From an uncultured Actinomycetes bacterium (lineage in GTDB: Bacteria; Actinomycetota; Thermoleophilia; Gaiellales; JAICJC01): a DNA stretch of 64,000 nucleotides. Under the pieces are notes generated by a model. That model made no database searches. It saw only the letters and a program-made list of their open reading frames with translations, and was not told where the DNA came from. Where the stretch lies: assembly GCA_963811675.1 (NCBI GenBank), contig CAWESH010000005.1, forward strand, positions 9,749 to 73,748, written 5' to 3'. Every line of letters begins with the position of its first letter. The stretch's first letter is position 1. Of the stretch, positions 58,803 to 64,000 are shown one piece after another. A program made the translations under genes and the position numbers.

Positions 58803-59764
58803 CCACCCCGCAGGAACGCCCGCTGGTCGTGCTCGCTCTCGGCGGCAACGCCCTGCTTCGCCGGGGTGAGCCGATGGACGCCGAGCACCAGCGCCGAAAC
58901 GTCGGCATCGCGGCTGAGGCGATCGCCGCACTCGACCGGGACTACCGGCTCGTCGTCACCCACGGAAACGGCCCCCAGGTTGGCCTGCTGGCGTTGCAGG
59001 CCGAGGCCATGCCCGACACAGAGCCCTACCCACTCGACGTGCTGGGAGCAGAGAGCGAAGGCATGATCGGCTACCTGATCGAACAGGCGCTGGGCAACCA
59101 CCTCGGCGATCGGCCGATCGCGACGCTGCTGACCCAGGTCGTGGTCGACGCGGACGATCCGGCGTTCGACAACCCGACCAAGCCGATCGGCCCCATCTAC
59201 GACGAGGTCACCGCCCACAAGCTCGCGAGAGCGCGGCGATGGGCGGTGGCAGCCGACGGGGCGAACTTCCGCCGGGTGGTTCCCTCACCCCAACCGCACC
59301 AGGTGGTGGAAATCGACACCATCCGGATCCTGCTGGACGCGGGGGTCGTGGTCGTCTGCGCGGGCGGCGGCGGCATCCCGGTGGTGGCCGACGAGATCGG
59401 TCGCCACGGCGTCGAGGCGGTGATCGACAAGGATCTCTCGGCCGCGCTGCTCGCCGAGGAGCTCGACGCGGACGAGCTTGTGATGGTCACCGACGTCGAC
59501 GTCGTCCAGGCCGGCTGGGGCACCGCATGCGCCTATCCGATCCACACCGCCCACCCGGACGAGCTGCGCGACCTGCAGTTCGCCGCGGGGTCGATGGCTC
59601 CCAAGGTCGAGGCGGCGTGTCGATTCGTGGAACACACCGGCCATGCCGCGGTGATCGGCTCGCTGGACGAGATCGGAAGCTTGGTGAGACAACGCGCGGG
59701 CACCGTCGTCACCGGTCACCCCACATCAGTCGTCACCACAACTCCCAACGGAAGGAGATCATGA
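58799..59764 (+). CDS. arcC: carbamate kinase
   Basis: VVLALGGNALL, VVTHGNGPQVG, GGGGIPV and DKDLSAALLA. The ATG overlaps the arcB stop (ATGA). Uninterrupted. Confidence 0.9.
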   Translation: MTTPQERPLVVLALGGNALLRRGEPMDAEHQRRNVGIAAEAIAALDRDYRLVVTHGNGPQVGLLALQAEAMPDTEPYPLDVLGAESEGMIGYLIEQALGNHLGDRPIATLLTQVVVDADDPAFDNPTKPIGPIYDEVTAHKLARARRWAVAADGANFRRVVPSPQPHQVVEIDTIRILLDAGVVVVCAGGGGIPVVADEIGRHGVEAVIDKDLSAALLAEELDADELVMVTDVDVVQAGWGTACAYPIHTAHPDELRDLQFAAGSMAPKVEAACRFVEHTGHAAVIGSLDEIGSLVRQRAGTVVTGHPTSVVTTTPNGRRS

Positions 59765-60240
59765 TGTTCTCGAAAATCGTGATTGCGCTGGACGGCTCGG
59801 AGCACTCGCTCAAGGCGGTTGAGTACGCAAAGCGGTTGTCGCCGGACAAGAGCGCCCGGATCGAGGTCGTCCACGTCCGCGAGCTGCTGATGGGCCGCGG
59901 CGTCGGCGGAGCGCCGGTGAAGCTGGACGAGGCGGCAGTGGTCGAGCAGGTGCAGGGCACGGTTCACAGCCTCAGTGAGGCGGGATATGACGTGCACCTG
60001 CAGGTGGTGTCCACAGTGCGCGACGGGCCGGCGCAGATTATCGCCGAGACCGCGAAGTTGATCCACGCCGACGTGATCATCGTGGGCACGCGCGGCCACG
60101 GCCCGGTGTCGGGCCTGCTGGTCGGATCCGTGGCCCAGCGACTGCTTCACCTCGCACCCTGTCCGGTGCTCGTGATTCCCGTCGCGGCGTCGGCCGGTGA
60201 GAAGCAGGAGTCCGCGGCTGCCGCCGCGACCACCGCTTGA
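59761..60240 (+). CDS. universal stress protein
   Basis: KIVIALDGSEHS.., VIIVGTRGHGPVSGLLVGSVAQRLLHLAPCPVLVI. The ATG overlaps the arcC stop, and GGAGA lies upstream. Confidence 0.85.
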   Translation: MMFSKIVIALDGSEHSLKAVEYAKRLSPDKSARIEVVHVRELLMGRGVGGAPVKLDEAAVVEQVQGTVHSLSEAGYDVHLQVVSTVRDGPAQIIAETAKLIHADVIIVGTRGHGPVSGLLVGSVAQRLLHLAPCPVLVIPVAASAGEKQESAAAAATTA

Positions 60241-60295
60241 GCGAGCAGGCGATTTCACCACGAGAGGCTGTCCAGGTGATATCTAAGGGGCGTCG

Positions 60296-61249
60296 ATGCG
60301 CGCAATGGTGCTCACACAGCCCGGCGACTTGGCGCTGAGGACGGTCGCCGATCCGATCGCCTGTGATGGTCAGGTGGTGATCGATGTGTCGGCGTGCGCC
60401 GTCTGCCGCACCGACCTGCAGATCGTACGGGGAGACCTGCCGATGCGCCGCGCGCCGCTGATTCCCGGCCACCAGGTGGTCGGTCGGCTGCCCTCCGGCG
60501 AACGCGTGGGGCTGGCGTGGCTGGGAGGAGCCGACGGGACGTGCAACTACTGCAGAGCCGGGCTGGAGAATCTCTGCGAGCACGCCGACTTCACCGGTTG
60601 GACGCTGAACGGCGGGTACGCCGAACGGGTGGCGGCCCGCAGCGACTTTGTGTTCCCGCTGCCCGACCAGCTCTCGGACGAGGAGGCCGCGCCGCTCCTC
60701 TGTGGTGGCATCATCGGATACCGATCGCTGATGCTCAGCCGGGTCGAGCCGGGACAGCGGCTGGGTCTGTTCGGGTTCGGATCATCCGCGCACCTGGCGA
60801 TCCAGGTCGCCAAGCATTGGGGCTGCGAGGTGTGCGTGTTTTCACGGTCAGCCGGCGAGCACGATCTGGCCCGCGACCTCGGAGCCGATTGGGTCGGCGG
60901 CTACGACGACTCGCCTCCGGCACCGCTGGACGCGGCGGTCACATTCGCTCCTGTGGGCTCGGTGGTCGTGTCCGCGTTGGCGGTGCTCGCGCCCGGCGGG
61001 ACGGTGGCGATCAACGCCATCCATCTGGACAAGATGCCCGAGTTCTCTTACGACCTGCTGTGGGGGGAGCGAAGCCTGCGCTCGGTCGCGAACTTCACCC
61101 GCGAGGACGCCCGCGAGTTCCTCGAACTGGCCGCCGAGATCCCGATACGCGCCCAGACGACGGTGTTCGACCTGGACGCCGCCGGCGAGGCGCTGGACGA
61201 GCTGGAGGGCGGGCGGATCCAGGGGACGGCGGTGCTGCGGGTGGGTTAG
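60296..61249 (+). CDS. zinc-dependent alcohol dehydrogenase family protein
   Basis: CAVCRTDLQIVRGD, the structural-zinc Cys cluster (CNYCRAGLENLC), and GFGSSAHLAIQ Rossmann motif. Confidence 0.85.
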   Translation: MRAMVLTQPGDLALRTVADPIACDGQVVIDVSACAVCRTDLQIVRGDLPMRRAPLIPGHQVVGRLPSGERVGLAWLGGADGTCNYCRAGLENLCEHADFTGWTLNGGYAERVAARSDFVFPLPDQLSDEEAAPLLCGGIIGYRSLMLSRVEPGQRLGLFGFGSSAHLAIQVAKHWGCEVCVFSRSAGEHDLARDLGADWVGGYDDSPPAPLDAAVTFAPVGSVVVSALAVLAPGGTVAINAIHLDKMPEFSYDLLWGERSLRSVANFTREDAREFLELAAEIPIRAQTTVFDLDAAGEALDELEGGRIQGTAVLRVG

Positions 61250-61689
61250 ACGTCAGGCGGCACCACCAGCACAGGCCTGTGGCTGTGGTTCACCAGGCCG
61301 TGCGAGACGCTCCCGAGCACGGTTGACTTGAAGCCGCCCAGACCGCGGGCGCCGACCACGATCACCGATCCGTCGTGAGCATCTGCGAAGCCGAGGATCG
61401 ACTGCCACACCGAGCCGTTCGACTTCACCGCCGCCGCCGTCGCATCGGGCACGAGAGCTGCTCCTTCGGCGGCGAGGGCAGCCGCCGCGCCCGCGGACGC
61501 CCGATCGACCGCATCGACGTTCTCGGGCGGAAGGATTCCGTGTGTGAGTCCGGCGGTCGCCACCCACGCCGATCGCCAGACGGTGATCACGATCGCTGGG
61601 CAGCCGGAGAGGGTCCTCGGCGCAGTGGCCAGTGCATGCTTGGCGGGCTCTGAGCCGTCGTAGCAGTAGATCGCAGGCCGATTGGTCAT
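61246..61689 (-). CDS. universal stress protein
   Basis: 147 aa from MTNRPAIYCYDGSE..; VIVVGARGLGGFKSTVLGSVSHGLVNHSHRPVLVV. The upstream part of listed ORF 61246..62007 is Arg-rich and unsupported. Confidence 0.8.
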   Translation of the reverse strand: MTNRPAIYCYDGSEPAKHALATAPRTLSGCPAIVITVWRSAWVATAGLTHGILPPENVDAVDRASAGAAAALAAEGAALVPDATAAAVKSNGSVWQSILGFADAHDGSVIVVGARGLGGFKSTVLGSVSHGLVNHSHRPVLVVPPDV

Positions 61690-62579
61690 GCTGGTGCCGA
61701 CCACGAGAGGACGAGCTGGCCGGCATCGGGAACTACGACGTCGGCGAAGCGATCCAGACGGCCGCCGGTGGCCGATCGGTCGATCCCAACCACCAGCCCG
61801 AACTCCCCACGCCTGGCAGCTTCGACTCCGGCCTCTGCGTCCTCCACCACGACGGCGTCGGCGGGCTCCACCCCGAGCCGTCGAGCCGCCTCGAGAAACC
61901 CGCCCGGGTGTGGTTTCCCCGGCATACCGAGCGCCCGGATCTCGACGCCACTGAGCCGAACGTCGAACGCGTCGGCGACGCCGGCAGCGTGAGTGACCGT
62001 GTCGCAATCCATGCTCGACGACACCAACGCGGTCGGGATACCCGCGCTGCGAAGTTCACGCAGCAGGCCGACGGTGGACGGATACGGCCGAACACCCTCG
62101 ATACCCACGAGCCGCAGAAATTCCCGGTTCTTGGCGTTCGCAAGGGCGCAGACGGTCGCCGTCCCGGGCGAATCGGTCGGCTCGCCAAAAGGCAGCGAAA
62201 TGCCACGTGCAGTGAGAACGTCTCTGGTGGCGTCGAACCGCGGCCGCCCGTCGAGGTACTTGCGGTAGTCGATTTCGGAGTCAAATCTCACCGCATGGCG
62301 GTCGAAGATCGTCTGCCATGCGCGCCTGTGCAGCCCCGTGGTATCGGTCACAACGCCGTCGAGATCGAACACGAACGCCCGGAACGTGCCCAGCGACTCA
62401 CCTCTGACGGTGACGCTGACCCATGCAGTGTCCGCGGTTGTTCCCATCATCGCAGTCTCGCTCGCATCGACCGTGCCCGAATCGGGGACGGCACGCACGC
62501 TGGTGCGGCGAACCTCGTATGCACGATCGGGCTGCACACGGATGCCGGAGCCACCGCCCCGGATGACGATGTCAATCAT
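61686..62579 (-). CDS. HAD-superfamily hydrolase (beta-phosphoglucomutase-like), start uncertain
   Basis: FVFDLDGVVTDT, ..ALVSSS.., GKPHPGGFLEAA and VVVEDAEAGVEAA. Starts are possible at 62579 or 62450. The start at 62621 would overlap the divergent DUF1918 gene. Confidence 0.75.
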   Translation of the reverse strand: MIDIVIRGGGSGIRVQPDRAYEVRRTSVRAVPDSGTVDASETAMMGTTADTAWVSVTVRGESLGTFRAFVFDLDGVVTDTTGLHRRAWQTIFDRHAVRFDSEIDYRKYLDGRPRFDATRDVLTARGISLPFGEPTDSPGTATVCALANAKNREFLRLVGIEGVRPYPSTVGLLRELRSAGIPTALVSSSMDCDTVTHAAGVADAFDVRLSGVEIRALGMPGKPHPGGFLEAARRLGVEPADAVVVEDAEAGVEAARRGEFGLVVGIDRSATGGRLDRFADVVVPDAGQLVLSWSAPA

Positions 62580-62602
62580 CAGCGCCCAATCAGGAGGAAG
62601 AC

Positions 62603-62830
62603 ATGTCCACCGAGAGTTCACTGCCGACGGTGGCCGTCGGCGACCGACTCGTCGTTCATGCCCATCACCAAGGGGCCATCCCGCTTGACGCCGAGATCAT
62701 CGAGGTGCTCGGAGACCACGGACCGTACCGGGTGCGCTGGCAGTCAGACGGCCACGAGAGCATCATCTATCCAGGCTCCGATGCGAGCATCGAACACTTC
62801 CCCGGCTCCCGCGAAACCGGAGCCTCATGA
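62603..62830 (+). CDS. DUF1918 domain protein
   Basis: VGDRLVVHAH.....DAEIIEV.G..GPYRVRW..DGHESIIYPGSDA, with AGGAGGA before the ATG. Confidence 0.7.
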   Translation: MSTESSLPTVAVGDRLVVHAHHQGAIPLDAEIIEVLGDHGPYRVRWQSDGHESIIYPGSDASIEHFPGSRETGAS

Positions 62831-64000
62831 GCGCTGCGGTTGGGTCGAACACACCGGCGTCCGGCGGCGCCACGGGCCGGCGGTCGGAGGGGGTGTTTGC
62901 GTCGACCGTGACGCTTGGCCGCGTGGGCGGCGTCGAGATCGGCATCAACTGGACGTGGATCGGGATTTTCGCGCTGATCGTGTGGTCGCTTGCAGCCGTG
63001 CAATTCCCCAGAGACGCTCCCGGCCGGTCATGGACTGTCTACTGCGCGATGGCAGTGGTCGCCACGGCGGCGTTCTTCGCGTCGTTGATCCTGCACGAAC
63101 TCGGCCACGCATTCCAGGCACGCCGCGAGGGTGTACGGATCGAGGGAATCACCCTGTGGCTGTTCGGCGGAGTCGCCAAGATCGTCGGAGAGATCCCGTC
63201 CGCCGGCGCCGAGTTTCGGATCGCCATCGCCGGCCCCGCGGTGACGCTCGTCATCGGCGGTGTGTGCATCCTTGCCGCAGTGACACTGCCGCTGCCGGGG
63301 GCCGCCGAGTCGGTGATCGCGTGGCTTGGGTACATCAACGCCGCACTGCTTTTGTTCAACCTCCTGCCGGCCCTGCCGCTCGACGGCGGAAGGGTGCTGC
63401 GAGCGGCGCTGTGGGCACGATCGGGCGATCTCTCGTCGGCCACCCGACGGGCGGCTCGGGTGGGGACGGTGCTGGCCGCGGTTCTTATCGGAGTGGGCAT
63501 CTTCGAGGTGCTCGGAGGAGCGGTCACGGGGCTGTGGCTTGCCGTGATCGGCTGGTTCGTGCTCGAAGCGGGACGGGCTGAGGAGCGCCACGTCACCACC
63601 CAGGAGGCGCTGGGCAGGCTCGATGTGAGACGGCTGATGACCCTCGATCCGATCTCTGTGGACGCGTCGTCGTCGCTTGCAGTGGTCGCCGCACAGCTGC
63701 ACGGAAGCTCCCGACACACCTCCTATCCGGTCGTCGACGACGGTCTGGTCGTGGGGTTGTTTCCGCTGCGAGCGTTCGTCGATAGCTCCCCTTCCGACTG
63801 GGGGCTGCGGACGGTCAGGCAGACCATGATCCCGGCCGGACGGGTACCGGTGTTCGCCGGCTCGACACCGGCAATCGAGGCGGCCGACACGCTGATGACC
63901 ACACCTGTCGGCCGCGGCTTGGTGTTCGAGCAGGGCGAGCTGGTCGGAATCCTGTCGCTCACCGACGTCGCCCGAGCGCTGGCGATGGGAGACGCGGTTT
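62827..64000 (+). CDS. M50 (site-2 protease family) metalloprotease with C-terminal CBS pair, 3' end outside the window
   Basis: Not in the ORF table because it has no stop inside the window. My hand translation from the ATG at 62827 (ATGA overlap) reads ..ASLILHELGHAFQARREG..LFNLLPALPLDGGRVL..MTLDPISV..SYPVVDDG..GILSLTDVARAL with no stop to nt 64000. Confidence 0.8.
   Translation, partial: MSAAVGSNTPASGGATGRRSEGVFASTVTLGRVGGVEIGINWTWIGIFALIVWSLAAVQFPRDAPGRSWTVYCAMAVVATAAFFASLILHELGHAFQARREGVRIEGITLWLFGGVAKIVGEIPSAGAEFRIAIAGPAVTLVIGGVCILAAVTLPLPGAAESVIAWLGYINAALLLFNLLPALPLDGGRVLRAALWARSGDLSSATRRAARVGTVLAAVLIGVGIFEVLGGAVTGLWLAVIGWFVLEAGRAEERHVTTQEALGRLDVRRLMTLDPISVDASSSLAVVAAQLHGSSRHTSYPVVDDGLVVGLFPLRAFVDSSPSDWGLRTVRQTMIPAGRVPVFAGSTPAIEAADTLMTTPVGRGLVFEQGELVGILSLTDVARALAMGDAV

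Noticed and set aside
61632-63581. 649-aa plus-strand ORF, the longest uncharacterised entry in this part of the table
   Set aside because: Its first part is antisense to the USP and HAD genes. Its second part is an off-frame reading of the M50-CBS protease gene. The translation is Arg/Gly/Pro-rich with no recognisable motif, whereas the frame starting at 62827 gives a clean HELGH protease.
1-64000. Mobile elements, prophage, CRISPR arrays, rRNA/tRNA genes
   Set aside because: I saw no transposase, integrase, recombinase or Cas-like translations in any listed ORF. I saw no spaced direct-repeat array and no tRNA-like T-arm or anticodon-stem patterns in the intergenic regions. Absence is based on visual inspection only; tRNA and ncRNA scanners should confirm it.

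Overview
GC-rich (by eye; not computed), gene-dense bacterial chromosome segment with an actinobacterial flavour. Evidence for that: a tandem PafB/PafC-like HTH-WYL pair, a PspA/PspAA/PspAB set, a GAF-GAF DevS-like kinase with a NarL-type regulator, and many 4-nt ATGA/GTGA start/stop overlaps. I resolve about 70 protein-coding loci. I recognised no rRNA, tRNA, CRISPR array, transposase, integrase or phage genes. Content from left to right: (1) fba-dodecin, an Flp-like pilin, a DUF218 protein, a GT2 glycosyltransferase, an acetolactate-synthase-like enzyme and an HDAC-like gene. (2) dinB, two PafB/PafC-like regulators and queG. (3) A DUF59 protein, an enoyl-CoA hydratase, glpX, 2-phosphoglycerate kinase and cyclic-2,3-diphosphoglycerate synthetase. 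(4) hpt, htpX and pspAB, facing pspAA-pspA-ccmI-like-ccmF, then two delta-60 beta-propeller paralogues and ccmE. (5) A SIMPL protein, msrB and a GNAT acetyltransferase. (6) A 6-kb run of heavily broken genes. (7) A two-component system divergent from a tightly coupled apbE / ferric-reductase-TM / NuoF-like / ferredoxin / cytochrome-b-like operon. (8) A VIT1 transporter and mgtA. (9) A dormancy-style island: DevS/NarL-like pair, three USPs, xfp-ackA, a P1B ATPase, arcDABC, an ADH. (10) A HAD hydrolase, a DUF1918 protein and an M50-CBS protease. Main leads: (a) About 50 reading-frame breaks fall in about 28 genes, while several 4-7 kb stretches have none, and nearly all breaks are in the +1 direction; this is either a technical indel problem or an unusual decay process, and the sequence alone cannot decide. 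(b) A family of four AT-armed palindromes with core GGTGCC-T-GGCACC sits at gene boundaries and shows compensatory arm changes. (c) The apbE-centred redox operon is intact and fully overlap-coupled. (d) Archaeal-type cDPG genes are present, with only the synthetase broken. (e) A System-I ccm set has a CXXXY-type CcmE. All coordinates of frame joins are hand-derived and approximate.
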